Source of the DNA: Eledone cirrhosa
Taxonomy: Eukaryota
Assembly (NCBI GenBank): GCA_964016885.1
Contig: OZ024747.1
Coordinates: forward strand, 47,058,001 to 47,122,000
Reading direction: 5' to 3'
DNA length: 64,000 nt
Each line of letters begins with the position of its first letter. The first letter of the stretch is position 1. Below the pieces are notes generated by a model. The model did not search any database and had not been told where the DNA came from. It saw only the letters and a list, made by a program, of their open reading frames with translations. This document shows, piece after piece, positions 27,678-41,753 of the stretch. Both the position numbers and the translations under genes were made by a program.

Positions 27678-28105
27678 GGAAAATGTTTAACCCCGACGGC
27701 AGAGCTCAAGCCGCTTCGACGGCTATTTCTGGACTCAATAGCCGTCGAAACGGCTTGAGCTCTGCCGTCGGGGTCAAACATTTTCCTATTACCCACTCTA
27801 CTACCCTACGTATTGAGTACTCTGGTGCGTTATGGTCCATCCGGTTCCTTACCACAACTCCTTCGTTATATATATATATAGGAACGAGTAGGACCCCGAC
27901 GGCTGAGCTCAAGCCGTTTCGACGGCTAATTCTGGATTAAAAAATCAAGGAACACGCACACATTTTTTAGTCCAGAATTAGCCATCGACGGTTTGAGCTC
28001 AGTCGTCGGGTCCTACTGGTTCCTATTACCCACTCTACTACCCTAAGTATTGAGTACTTTGGTTCCGTTATGGTCCATCTGGTTCCTTACCACATTTCCT
28101 TCGTT

Positions 28106-28106
<1 letters not shown>
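27678..28106 (+). mobile_element. Hairpin element family A, copies 7 and 8 in tandem
   Basis: Copies at 27678-27868 and 27879-28106 are separated by a short (TA)n run. Confidence 0.9.
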
Positions 28107-28154
<48 letters not shown>

Positions 28155-28222
28155 CACGTGATAATTATAGATTCGATTAGCAGCTTATTGCAGCAACATA
28201 TAATTTATCACTTCCATCCCAG

Positions 28223-28293
28223 GAAGAACGATAAACCTGTTGAAAAATTGGATCCAACGTTCGGTCATCAATTGCCAGGAGCTTGCCTTACAA
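28223..28293 (+). other. Candidate host exon (71 nt)
   Basis: Acceptor ttatcacttccatcccAG and donor GTAAGT. Open frames give KNDKPVEKLDPTFGHQLPGACLT or RTINLLKNWIQRSVINCQELALQ. Confidence 0.3.
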
Positions 28294-28615
28294 GTAAGTC
28301 GGATATTTGATTTTGGATTCAGAGAAACACTTTAAACGTCTATTCGTCTAATTTGTCTTAAACGTCTATTCGTCTAATTTGTCCAGGTGTACTTTTTCTC
28401 AACCTGATTAGTGCTATCGTTTCTCTGGTATACATATTGTGTGTTAGTTTAGCCTACCACAATGTTCGATTTGTTAAGCTTTTTAAACGTATGTTATTAC
28501 TCTAAGGACCTATCTTATCGAGTGCTTTTCTAACTCATCATTTCATATAAGTAGGCCGAATTCACTTGCAAACCGCCAGAGATTCGATTTTACTGATTTC
28601 CAATTATATATATAT

Positions 28616-28803
28616 AATTAGAAATAGAAGCTTTTGCCGTATTTTTTAATAAAGAAATTTTAGCCTCATAGTAGGAAATGGAAAAGGGTGAATATTGATG
28701 TACTCAATATTCATCTTTTTCCATTTCTTACAGGATTCTAAGCCCCACTACCAGGCTAAAATTTCTTTAGTCAAAAATACGGCGAAAGCTTCTATTTCTA
28801 ATT
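28616..28803. repeat. Imperfect fold-back palindrome with an HHR 3' half
   Basis: aattagaaatagaagcttttgccgtattt.. mirrors ..aaatacggcGAAAgctTCtatttctaatt. Centre is gaatattga-tgtac-tcaatattc. Confidence 0.8.
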
Positions 28804-28907
28804 TCAAAATCGCTCGCTGTTTCAAAACAAACTTACTTGTTATATATAATAATAATAATATTAAAAGGGAACAAAGCATCAGTATTGCATCATTTACATA
28901 ATTAATT

Positions 28908-28999
28908 ACATATTCCATATGTTTCACTGCCGATAAGCTGGAGGAATGATCGATTAATGTTCGATCCTGACTCTAGGATCAGAAGCTCCTCAGATATGT
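28908..28999 (-). ncRNA. Hammerhead motif with long stem II (U16.1>G, probably inactive)
   Basis: Reverse complement reads acatat-CTGAGGA-gcttctgat...atcggcagt-GAAA-catatg-GA-atatgt. Confidence 0.6.
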
Positions 29000-29529
29000 G
29001 TTCTCACATGTAGACGTCCGTCCGTCCAATTCATTTACACTCCCTATATTACCTATATATATATATATATATATATATTTCTAATGTTGTATTAAACTGT
29101 TATCTATGTTACATTCGATTAAAGATGAAGGAATGAACATGCACTGATTGCAGAACGGAATCGAATTTAAACCGCTGATCAACTCAACTACCAATCTACC
29201 AGCAACATAATGTTTACAGACAAGTATCGTAATAATTGTATTTCATACAGAAAAAATTAATAGAGCTTCAATTAAATTCATATAAATGTTTATAATTTAT
29301 TCATAAAATAAACCTATGTAGACATTATGTATGTCTTATTAAATTATCACTGTATGTTGTTTTGTTTAACAGGAATATTTATATAGCTAATAAAGTATGA
29401 CAACACAATATGTCTGTAGTTACCTACTGTTTATGTGTGTATGGGAAGGGGGTCCTGTGTGTATGCGTGTGGTGGGTGACATTTGTGTATATGTCAGAAT
29501 ATTTGCGAAAGCAGAGTATTATGACTGTA

Positions 29530-29712
29530 AATTGGCAGTATCGGTAGAGTATCGGACGCCATGCTTTGACGCATAGAGTTACGGCCCTTGCCATTCTGAG
29601 TTCAAATCCCGCCGAGGTTAACTTTGCCTTTCATCCTTACGGGGTCGATAAAATAAAGTACCAGTAATGTACTGGGTAATTGCTGTCCTTGTGCCTAAAA
29701 TAGAAACAGTTA
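29530..29712 (+). mobile_element. tRNA-type SINE (family S)
   Basis: Matches the other copies end to end. Confidence 0.9.
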
Positions 29713-29780
29713 TGACTTTGAGCTAAGCATTTGTCACAAAATTGACACTGTAATTAATACGTGGCCTTATATATATATAC

Positions 29781-29821
<41 letters not shown>

Positions 29822-30581
29822 GGTGTGTGTGTGTGTGTATATGTGTGTGTATGTATGTATGTGTGTGTATGTATGTATATATGTATATATATATGTGTGT
29901 GAGTGAGTGAGAGAGAGGGAGTTTGTGTGATCTCCTGCTGCCTACTAATCAAAGCAATAGCAACGCGCCATGATCAACAGAAAATGAAGCCTTGATATTG
30001 AAATATTAATAACCTTTGGAATGTAAGTATCCCAAACTATACTTAAATGATTAATGAGAAAATGCATACACTCATACATGCATGCTTGCATACACTTATG
30101 TTAGATAAAGAATAATTGCAAGGCAACTATTTCGAAATCTTCAGCTTTTTTACATTTATCATAAATTCCCCTTTATGCAAATAATTATTGAGGTACTTGA
30201 CTATGTTATGTGATAACCCGGAAAAAAACACGCCGTTTTCTGACAAGACATTGACGAGCTGATATGCACCGTGAATATAACATCCGTAAACAGAACAGTA
30301 AAAAGGAGCATGAGTTTACAAAAGTTCAATATGTAACCCTCACCATGTATATTATTCAAATTGCAACTACAGAACTTTTTTATTATTTGATAGAGAACTG
30401 CTACTTCATTAAATAAATACAACAGCAAAAGATCTTATATCGAACAGAGCACTTGGAGACCTAGATCATAATAGCCACGCTCTTAGGTCCGAAAATGATT
30501 ATTTTCGTAGAGAAATAACAATAACATCAACAAAAATGCACACACCCGCATACACTTTGACACTAATATACAGATACACAC

Positions 30582-30745
30582 ATCTCTCGTCAATGCAGTA
30601 TCCAATATGAAATTTTGGTATGGGTGGATTCATAACTCCTGGGGGAGTCATAAGGACGCCATATTGACATATGGTGTTTCTAGGGCAATTCTTAAACCTG
30701 GCGGACTCCATCCCCTCTCCAAGTTTGGATACAGCAGATTTCTTT
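30582..30745 (-). other. Candidate host exon (164 nt)
   Basis: Strong polypyrimidine acceptor (atttctctcaccctctatctttctcAG), one open frame KKSAVSKLGEGMESARFKNCPRNTICQYGVLMTPPGVMNPPIPKFHIGYCIDER, and a weak GTGTGT donor. Confidence 0.25.
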
Positions 30746-30829
30746 CTGAGAAAGATAGAGGGTGAGAGAAATGAGATAAGAGTAGTATAGAAAATATTGA
30801 CACTACATATAGACAAAAACTTTTTTTAT

Positions 30830-30952
30830 CGACCTTAAATGGATAAAAAGGAAAGTCAACATCGGCGGGATTGAACTCAGAAAGCAGATAGTCGGAATAA
30901 ATACTGCAAAGTTTTTTATTCGACGTTCTAACGACTCTGCTAAATCGCCGGC
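30830..30952 (-). mobile_element. Degenerate SINE (family S)
   Basis: ttttatcgacc...aaagtcaacatcggcgggattgaactcag. Confidence 0.6.
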
Positions 30953-31690
30953 GACATGGAATGTTTAGGTATGATTAAAATAAAGACCGATCTGATAGTC
31001 TCTGTTTTTTTCTATGCTTAACAAGTGTTGATCCATTGCAGACTGTTGATCCAAAGTTGATATATTACTCTATATCTGAACACTTCAGTAGGTAACAAAA
31101 CTAAATAGTTGATTCGTTACATTTTCAATCTGATACCAAACCAATGACATCAACCAATATTGTAAAAGATTCTATTTCGAGATTTTAATTAAGCTTAAAT
31201 TAAGTTCATATTAATGTTTATAATTTATTCATAAACTATATGTATTCATTCGTATTGTGTCTTATTAAATAATTACTGTATTGTAAGGGGTCACCAGACG
31301 TATAGCTAATAACAACGTGTCAACATTATGTGTGCGTGTTTGTGTTTGGATGTATGTGTTTTGAAGTGCGTGTCTGGATGTGTGTGTATGTGGATGTGTG
31401 AGTTTCTCTGTGTGGATGTGTGAGATTCTCTGTGTTGATCTGTGTATGAGTATGTGACTCTACAGTTGTGCATATCTCCGAATATATTCCTATGTGTTTG
31501 TACGTATATATGTATGTTGCATTATTGTACCCTTGGGCAAGATAATTATCATTTATTTCTTGCCATGAAACTCTACTATGTTGTGTGTTTGTATAGGCAA
31601 GGTATTATTTTACTGAGGTAAATATAATTAAGTATAAATATTGCTTACACGTACATACACACACGTATGCGCGCACGCAGACACGCACAC

Positions 31691-31817
<127 letters not shown>

Positions 31818-31935
31818 AGGCGTGTGGCTGAGTGGTTAGAGAATTGGATTCACAATCTTGAGGTTGTGAGTTCGATTCCTGGACCTGGCGATGCGTTATG
31901 TCCTTGAGCAAGACACTTTATTTCACGTTGCTCCT
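31818..31935 (+). mobile_element. tRNA-derived SINE head (second family)
   Basis: A box tggctgagtgg and B box gagttcgattcc, followed by the tgtccttgagcaagacacttta core. Confidence 0.75.
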
Positions 31936-32110
31936 TCTACCTGGAGTTGCGACCGATAGATAGTACTAGCAACTGGAAAGACCAACGAAAACATTGTTTC
32001 CTCGGTCCGATTTGACGAAAGTCGATCGATCCTTAATTATATATATATATATATAGAGAGAGAGAGAAGGTTGTCCATTCTGCCAGAGGACCCTATCGTC
32101 TGATGGTTTA

Positions 32111-32300
32111 GGTGGATTGGCAGTATCGGTAGAGGGTCGGACGCCATGCTTTGACGCATTGATTTACGTCCCTTGCCATTCTGAGTTCAAATCCCGCCGA
32201 GTTTAACTTTGCCTTTCATCCTTACAGGCTCGATAAAATAAAGTACCAGTAATACACTAGGTATTTACTGGCCTTGTGCCAAAAGTAGAAACAATTATTA
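32111..32300 (+). mobile_element. tRNA-type SINE (family S)
   Basis: Full consensus match. Confidence 0.9.
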
Positions 32301-33432
32301 TAAGACAACGGCTCTCTTGCTCGTTTACTAAGATGGTCAGTACTGTTTTTGAAACTACAGTTAGGGGAATTTAACTGAGCCTTCTAGATTTAGGTTGTTC
32401 AACTAAGATTCTATCCCTAGGTTAAGATGCCTGTGAAGTTTTTCTTGTTTTACATTACGTCACTGGCATGTAACTGTCGGTGATTTTGTATTTTTGTATA
32501 AGATGTACTATATGCATATGCCTCTCTGAATTAGATTATTTCAGCAATCTTTTTCATTGAGATGTTAGGTATATTGGTGACACAGTTTTACTAATGTATG
32601 ATATTTGCCATTTCTTAAATGTTGTGTCGGTAGACAGTTTATACTGGCTGCTATTTCTAGTGGCATTTTTAGACTCGTCACATTGTCGGTGTTATACAAA
32701 TATTTACCCTTAGTAATATTGTTCCGTCTAGATTTTCTTATCTGAATAATATTTCGCTGATCTCACACGACAATCTCAAATACTCAACAACATCCACCCC
32801 AACACTCAATTTGTAACTAAAACAAAACCTTACTTTCCACACACTTTCCAATCAGTGATATATTTTGGAAATTTAATACATTCTGGTTGCATTAAGAAGA
32901 ATTGTATGAGGCATCCTGAAACATTTTTAAGACTTGATACTAATGACACTTACACTCATTCGAGTCGATGAACAAGAATAATTCCATATATTTGTAACGT
33001 TAAGATATCCACCTCTCATAAAAGCAAAATAAGAAAGCGAAGTGAATGCTTGAATGACATATATGAGATCTTATAGCATCCTGCAATATGGTTAAACGGG
33101 AGACCGTTTAACCATTTTATGTCACTGAAAACAGCTCTTTCTGCACATCAGTCATACACACAGCTTTCCTTCCGCAATAATTGATGTCTGAGTTACACCA
33201 TATCTTCTTAGTGATGCTGGTGATTCTTCATATCGAAAACTGTATTCAAACACTAAGTATTTCAGAAGCATTTCTTTTCTCTCTAGAGCTTAGATGAAAA
33301 TGATTGAAAATATTAAGATATTGCAACATTTTATTTTCAGATATAAATGTTTTTGATTAGAGTTAAATCGTTAAATTATTTCTATTCTGCACCAGACTAT
33401 CTTAATCAACGTTCCGTGCCTATGCTTTAAAA

Positions 33433-33778
33433 CAGAGGTTCTCAAACTTTTTAGGCCACCGCCCCCATCACACCCTAGTAATACCCTCAGCGCCGCCCCC
33501 CACTCTTATTTCCAGAGAGACCTACCTACATACAAATTGTTAATAATATATAATAAATAAAATCGTTAATTTATATATAATAAATAATATAATATATACT
33601 ATGTATAAATAAATATATACTCTTTCTTTTACTATATTCATATATAATATGTATCATTTGATATTTAATATACTATTATATCATCCCCCCCCCCCCCACA
33701 CTCCCTTAGACCCTAGTGCTCCTCTTGACCTTCTCGTCTACCCACCAGAGGCAGTAGCGACCACCTTGAAAACCTCTG
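33433..33778. mobile_element. hAT (Charlie-like) MITE
   Basis: TIRs cagaggttctcaa / ttgaaaacctctg with an 8-bp TSD ctttaaaa / cttcaaaa (7 of 8 match). Confidence 0.8.
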
Positions 33779-33921
33779 CTTCAAAATTACTGACTTTTTC
33801 TAAAGAATTTTCAGTCTAAAATATCCATAAAACTTTATATTGTTTAGTTGTGCAGAGAAGTTACGGTTTACTTTGAACATTTTAATGGTATCAAAATGTT
33901 CGATTACATCTATGATTCGGA

Positions 33922-34140
33922 CAGTGGATTGGCGGTATCGGTAGAGGGACGGACACCATGCTTTGCAGCATAGAGTTAAGGCCCTTTATGATCTGAGTTC
34001 AAATCCCGCCGAGGTTAACTTTGCCTTTCATCCTTACGGGGTCAATAAAATAAAGTACCAGTCACGTACTGGGGTCGATTTAATCAACTTTTCCCTCCCT
34101 CAAAATTGCTGGCCTTGTGTCTATATAAGAAACCATTATC
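33922..34140 (+). mobile_element. tRNA-type SINE (family S, longer tail variant)
   Basis: Consensus head and body. A partial extra copy lies at ~34165-34220. Confidence 0.85.
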
Positions 34141-34288
34141 ACATCTATGACTAGCATTTTATGTTTTGAGTTCAAATCCGATCTAGGTTACTTTTGCCTT
34201 TCTTCCTACCGAGGTTGATAGTTTAAAGAATTGGAAAACTTTTCGAATCCTGATTTTGTATTGATTTTGTGTATTATACTTTCCTCAG

Positions 34289-34318
34289 TCATCCCTGACC
34301 TCGTGTTTATTGATGGCG
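34289..34318 (+). other. Candidate 30-nt symmetric micro-exon
   Basis: tactttcctcAG | tc atc cct gac ctc gtg ttt att gat ggc g | GTATGT, encoding IPDLVFIDG. Confidence 0.35.
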
Positions 34319-34974
34319 GTATGTATGTGTGAGTTGAGTATTGGTGATGATGAAATCGGTGGTATAGTTACTTTTTCTATCGTATCTTTCGGTTGGTTTT
34401 GGATGTCATTTGAAAATCGACAGCTATTACAAAAGTTTGAATAACAATCGCAACGTCTGACAACCGTTTCTATCACGCCCAACCCCTCTCCCCCTCTCTC
34501 TCTTCTACACACACACACGCACGCACACACACGCACAAACACACATACACAATGCATACACACTCTGCCTTCCTCTCACTCTCTGGAGTGTCTATATATT
34601 TGCAAAGAGACAAAGAGAAATTAACAGGGTGGGTTCGAACTATGGAATATCAGTAAATACTCTAGGAAGTAGAGAACCAGATAAAGGAAACACTAAGTGA
34701 CAGCGTGGTCTCAGCCAGTCGACTGGAGCACGTGATAGAGTAATAGCGAAATCGAGATAGGTTTCTATACTGAATGTGAGTCGGATTGTCTAAAAATATC
34801 TGAATAGATTTATTTAGATTGGTTCATAGAGAAATATAAGTAGATACAAAGCGAAATACATATTCTCAAATGTAAATACTGCGTAGGGTACATAGATAGA
34901 TGGGTAGACTGTGAGACACACACACACATACACACATACACACATAGATATTCACACACACACGCAGACACGCG

Positions 34975-35212
34975 TGTAATTGTTTTCACCGCTCCAAATA
35001 ATGACGTATTATCTTCGTTTTTCCCCGTTCTTTGCCAGGGAACGTTTCCACGAACCAAAGTATCGTCTACCTGTCTTCCTCCGGTTGCAACGTTTTTTGA
35101 AATATTTACTTCTGCGTTCACAGATTGACTTTTTTAGTTTCAGAAGATCCTGTTAAGGGTGAAAGCACCGATTCTTTGCTTAAACTTTAATCTGTTATTT
35201 TAATAAATATAT
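34975..35212 (+). mobile_element. 5'-truncated 3' end of the Penelope-like element at 47.6-50.9 kb
   Basis: Aligns with 50660-50883 (aattgttttcaccgctcc...cagaagatcc..gtgaaagc..aatctgttattttaataaatat) and ends in (TA)n. Confidence 0.9.
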
Positions 35213-35239
35213 ATATATTATATATATTTATATATATGA

Positions 35240-35286
<47 letters not shown>

Positions 35287-35915
35287 GTGCGTTAGACAAA
35301 AAGACAGACAGGTAGGTAGATATATCGGTAGATAAATTGATTTATTGATAGATATATTGTTAGATTGACTGATTGGAACATACATTGATAAAAACGAAGA
35401 AAAGCGATGTGAATATAGTAATAATGTGCGATAAAATTTATGGAAGACGGCAGACGATACGAAACAATATGGCGATGGTTATATTCTCATAACATGTTTG
35501 TTTCCTTATTTTGCACAAGTAGTTGTCCTGAGGCTACAGTTTCACCTGCTCCATTAAGTTGATGGAACTATTTGTCCTCAGTTATCTAGAGATTGGCTGG
35601 ACCAGTCATGGAGAAATGCCTTCAGCTAAACTAAAGAATAAATATTAAAGTAAAAGGGAAGAAAACATTACTTGAGTAATACTGATAATTGTTAAAAACG
35701 AGTGAAGAGGCAAACTGAGAAGATTTGCGCCAAATAACTACCTTCGACAATATTGCTATCTATGATAACGATGATAATGATGGTAGTGAATCATATATAG
35801 CTTCCTACAACATTTGTCAATATTTCTTGCCCATCAATACCTATTAAATGCGACTAAACTTAGCAACTAGAAGCTACTGCTGCTGCTGATGATGATGATG
35901 ATAGTGATCATCATT

Positions 35916-35949
<34 letters not shown>

Positions 35950-36970
35950 CCATGGCAATTTGATGGTGACTGCGTCGAAGAACACTTAGAATACGCATTA
36001 TTACATCCTCAATATTATCATCATCGTTATCACCACCATCATTATCATGTTTCTATTAGACAAAATGTCTTGTGGTATTTGTTTATGTCTCTTTACAATC
36101 TGAGTAAAATTCAACCTATACAGACTTTGCCTTTCAAACTTCCGCATCCGATAACTGGAAGCACCTATTCAACTAATTTTCTGTCCTTTTGACCTATATT
36201 GGAAACTAGGGGGGCTGGAAGGGTAGAGGTTTTAGAGTGCCAGTATTTATTTCATTTTGTTTTCATTTTAATTTCAAATCTTATCAACGTCAATTTTGTC
36301 TTTCATCCTTCCAATGTCGATAAAATAAATTAGCAGTCATGTCCTGGGGTTGATATAATCGGCCTTTTTTCTCCCACCAGCTTAGCTGGCCTTATGCCTA
36401 AATTAGAAATCATTATCATTGGCATCACATATATTGAAACAGATCCTCAGCTTGTAACGTTCTCCGCCATTTCTTTGCTTACAGCGACGATGGTCAGACA
36501 GTTGTTATTAGTGTTTTCAGTAGGTGATCAGACAGTGCCGAAGACTTCACCTGCATTTCAGTTCGTGTAAAGAGCGCACTGAAATGTTTTGTTAAAATTC
36601 TGAAAATTGTTGAAAATGCTGAGTTCAATTTTCGAGAAGGGTGGCAGTTACAGGAGTCAACCTAGTTACCAGCCTTTCTATCATGGACACAAATATTAGT
36701 TTGTCACATCAACACATTAGCCACAGCATTTTCATAAAGGATGTCGCACTTCGTCAGCCATCACCGATTTCAGTAGGCTGACAAAAGTAAATGCCACCTC
36801 ACCAGTGACATAAGGAAGCTGTGAAAGTTGCAACAAGAAGAACAACAAGAAAAGAACAGGAACCACAACAATAAATCTAAAAGTAACACAAGTGTCATTC
36901 ACAACAGAAATAACAAGAACAATAACAACCACAGAAACAACGACCACAAAACTGCAACACATAAGCATTT

Positions 36971-37178
36971 TCAATTCTCTGCATTTACAATTTTTTGTGG
37001 TAAAGGCCTTACCTCACATAATTCTCTCACATAATATCGAGTATATGAGATTTTGACATTATTTATTTTGAGAACAGTACCTTAACATCAGTATGAACAT
37101 CTGGTTACAGCTGGTTTGAACAGAAAGAGGTGAGAGAATTCTGGCTGTATATGGCCGGTTTGAATGCTAAAGAGTTAA
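36971..37178 (-). mobile_element. piggyBac-like MITE, second copy (no satellite)
   Basis: Reverse complement begins TTAA-ctctttagcattcaaaccggcc and is collinear with 2229-2454. Confidence 0.75.
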
Positions 37179-38145
37179 TATATTTTTTATCTGCATGTAT
37201 GGCTGAAATGTCCTTGATCAGAGTCATCCCTGCCATGACCATCATATCATTTTAAGGGTATATCTATGATCAAATTGTTCAGTGTCTCTTTACAAAAATA
37301 GTGTGTGATTTAGTTGCTATTTCTAACAGGTTCAGATATTATGTTGAGAGTCTACCTTCGTAGGTATATATATATATGTGTGTCTGTGTGTGTGTGTGGG
37401 TGGGGTGTGTGTGTGGGGGGGGATGTATGTGTGTGTGTGTGTGTGTGCCAGTCAAGTAATAGAGAAGGGCGAGGTGGTTTAATCGCATACGCTCCCCTTT
37501 TAAAATTATCAAGTGAATATTTGATATAATTAAAATCATCATAATCATCGTCATTTTCGACATCGTTATCATTATTCATTTCCAATTAATAACTGTCACC
37601 TTTGTAATACATTTCAAATAAACAGTAGAATTCATAGTGTAAACCATAACCATAGCTAATACCGACTGCAATTGTTATAGAAATTTATCTCAGAATAGTT
37701 TCACTTTAAATATATGACTCTTGGTTCCATAATCACTACAATCATTTCACACAGATTCTCATAAAAATACATCAAGCATTTTCATAACAACATCAAGATG
37801 TCAAAATATGGCTAATCTAAATTAATTTTATGATTTGAACATTGTAAAATATTCTCATTTGATTTTTTCTCAGACAATTCTCTTGTCATTCGTTTGGTTT
37901 GCTTTTGTTGTAATATTTTTGGATAAGATATTGTCCATGTATGTGTATGTGAGATGCCGGTAGACGATTTGTATTATTGTGGTTGCATTCAAATGTTTTG
38001 GCAACATTGTAAAGTAATTTCCCCCCATTTTAATTTATGGTGCGCTCAGCTTAGAACTCTAATGAGGAGAGATATTGTTTCTGAAATTACACATAACACG
38101 ATAGCAGCTGAGGCTAATTTACACACATCTGTATACACACACACA

Positions 38146-38407
<262 letters not shown>

Positions 38408-38580
38408 GTATAAAAAGTAAAAGTGAAAAAGCACAAAGGTGTATTTAAAGATACTTTAATCCGACAAAATAAATAACTTTATAATTGTTACATTAAGTGG
38501 ATTTAAATTATGTCAAATGTTACTGGTTTCGATTGAACATATTTTCTATCTGCTTACAGAATATGAGGACAAACAGTTTT

Positions 38581-38625
38581 AAATATTCGATACGATTGAT
38601 ATACCAATCGAAACCGGTAATATTT
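38581..38625 (+). ncRNA. Hammerhead-derived motif with altered core
   Basis: aaatat-TCGATAC-gattg atatac caatc-GAAA-ccgg-TA-atattt. All stems are intact but the core is non-canonical. It lies in an imperfect IR at ~38455-38685. Confidence 0.45.
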
Positions 38626-38687
38626 GACAAAACTGGAATCCACTTAAGATAACAGTAATAAAATTATTCATTCTGTCGGAGTAAAGA

Positions 38688-39250
38688 AATAATTCTTTCT
38701 ACTTTTGGCACGAAGCCAGCAATTACCCCAGTGCAATACTGGTACTTTATTTTATCGACCCCATATGGATGAAACGCAACGTTAACCTTGCCGGGATTTG
38801 AACTCAGAAGGTCAAGGGGCATAACTCTATGCTGCAAAGCATGGCGTCTGACGCTCTACCGATACTACCAGAAATATTTGTTTCTACTTTTGGCACAAGG
38901 CCAGCAATTACCCACTGCATTACTTGTACTTTATTTTATCGACCCCGTAAAGATGGAAAGCAAAATTAACCTCGACGGGATTTGAACTCAGACCGTAAAG
39001 AGACGTAACTATGCTGGAGAGCATGGCGTCCGACTCTCTACCGATACTGCCAATCCACCGCCCTACTACCAGAAATAATTGTTTCTACGTTAGGCACAAG
39101 GCCAGCAATTAACCAGTGCATTACTGGTACTTTATTTTATCGACCCCGTAAGGATGAAAGGCAAAGTCAACCTCAGCGGGATTTGAACTCAGATCGTAAA
39201 GAGACGTAACTAGGCTGAAAAGCATGGCGTCCGACCCTCTACCGATACTC
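38688..39250 (-). mobile_element. Head-to-tail triplet of family S SINEs
   Basis: Three copies at ~38688-38868, 38872-39063 and 39075-39250. Confidence 0.9.
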
Positions 39251-39326
39251 TTTAATTATACCTCTGTGTATTTTCACGAGTTTTTACATATAATCTTTGA
39301 TTTATTTGGAACCCATTTTTTCAACG

Positions 39327-39359
<33 letters not shown>

Positions 39360-39382
39360 CTGTATATGTATATGTATATATA

Positions 39383-39419
<37 letters not shown>

Positions 39420-39434
39420 GTATATGTATATATA

Positions 39435-39512
<78 letters not shown>

Positions 39513-39529
39513 TATATGTGTGTGTGTCT

Positions 39530-40305
<776 letters not shown>

Positions 40306-40609
40306 AATATAAATTACCGAGAATCGTATTTCGGCTATTGGAAATTAGCGAAAAACAACTTCCGAGATGTGTGGCAAGCGCTCCATAGAAGCTAGTGAAC
40401 CAGAGCTACAACATAAGTTAAAAGGCCAAACACACTGAGACGATGGTTAAACCATTATCCGCGCAGCCATAGAAACGACCAAGTAATTCGCGTCAAACAA
40501 ATAAAATATGATTGAAAATTATATATATATATATATATATACAATATATTAACAAATGGAAAGTATATTTATAAAACCATATTTATTTCATTATACATAT
40601 TTCAAGGGC

Positions 40610-41681
40610 CATCAAGGCAAACTATGGTCCGGACCAGTTCTCCTACTTTTCTTTCGCTATTTCGATTATCTTGGTGTTGGCCTAGATGTCGGCGAGGACG
40701 GCAGCTATTAGACAGGGAATTTCGATGGCCGGTGGAACGTGGGTGACCCTGATCTTCACGAGTCTCTGGCCACAATAGCTTGGGACGAGTGTGAAGTCGT
40801 CACTTCTTAATGGGGCCATGGAGTGTTCTCTGGCCTCCTGTGGTGTTTCAAAGAACACGTCCACGGTTCCATATTTCTGCCCACGTCTGATGTGGGTTTT
40901 TTTTGCCCACACATGTCCCAAAGCTTTTTGGATTTGGGACTCGGATGCCCGTTCCACTCGGCGCGATTTTATGTTAATCGTCCGATAAGACACGGTGCAT
41001 ATGCGCGGATGCTCCATTTTTTGTTTTCTTCTAATTCATCCTGAGTTACCTGGAATGCTTCGCACTTTTTTGCTACTCTGGCCAAACTCAGAGTGGTTTT
41101 CTTAATTTCATTGTTGCTGTTGTTGTTATCGTTATTTTTGTTATTGTTAATTTTAGTTTCAGTTGTGGTGGTCGTGGCGTCAGTGGTGTTCGGTGTGGAA
41201 GAGTTCATTTTGGTTGAATTCATTTCGATATCACGAGTTAATTTATTTTTTTCTTTTGTTTCTGTTGTCGCTGTGGTGGTGGTGGGGGTGGCGGCTTTAA
41301 AACCTGCAGTCATTGGTAATGGCGGGAAATGAATGTTTGCCTGAGACAAATTTAAAATATTGCTACTGCTTATATTTTTTAGTGTTGGCAAACGTAGTAA
41401 TATTTACAATGGTGGTGTCGGTGCGAGGTGTTAGTTTGTGAGGAAGGTGTGACTCTGAGTCGTCCATGATTTTTCAAAGAAAAATCTTTGTTTGATAATT
41501 ATAAAAGTTTAAATTTTGGGCTCAAGGCCCCAATCTTTTTGGGTGTCCTTTTCAGAAAACAATGTATGTGCACTTATATACAGTTAACAATAAAAATATT
41601 CCATGAATGGCAATTTTAAATAACTGAAAATAACAAACCTTTGCGGAGCTCACGATAATACGATTTACTACGTAGGGCGCC
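40610..41681 (-). mobile_element. 5' portion (5'UTR + frameshifted ORF1) of an L1/Tx1-like LINE
   Basis: ORFs 40969-41391 and 40682-41017 resemble ORF1 at 63253-63993: N/T-rich leader, SLARVAKK vs SFAQTVQK, and PSYCGQRLVKIRV vs PTYIGKRTQKIKI. Confidence 0.7.

Positions 41682-41750
<69 letters not shown>

Positions 41751-41753
<3 letters not shown>

Noticed and set aside
29255-31335. ~150-bp diverged direct repeats 1.9 kb apart as LTRs
   Set aside because: There are no TG..CA ends, PBS or internal gag/pol; more likely an old dispersed repeat or local duplication.
31818-31890. tRNA gene
   Set aside because: A and B boxes are present, but there is no acceptor-stem closure and the sequence continues into a SINE core.
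36420-36830. Non-repetitive island as a possible coding exon
   Set aside because: Open frames are short on both strands and there is no consistent splice pair.
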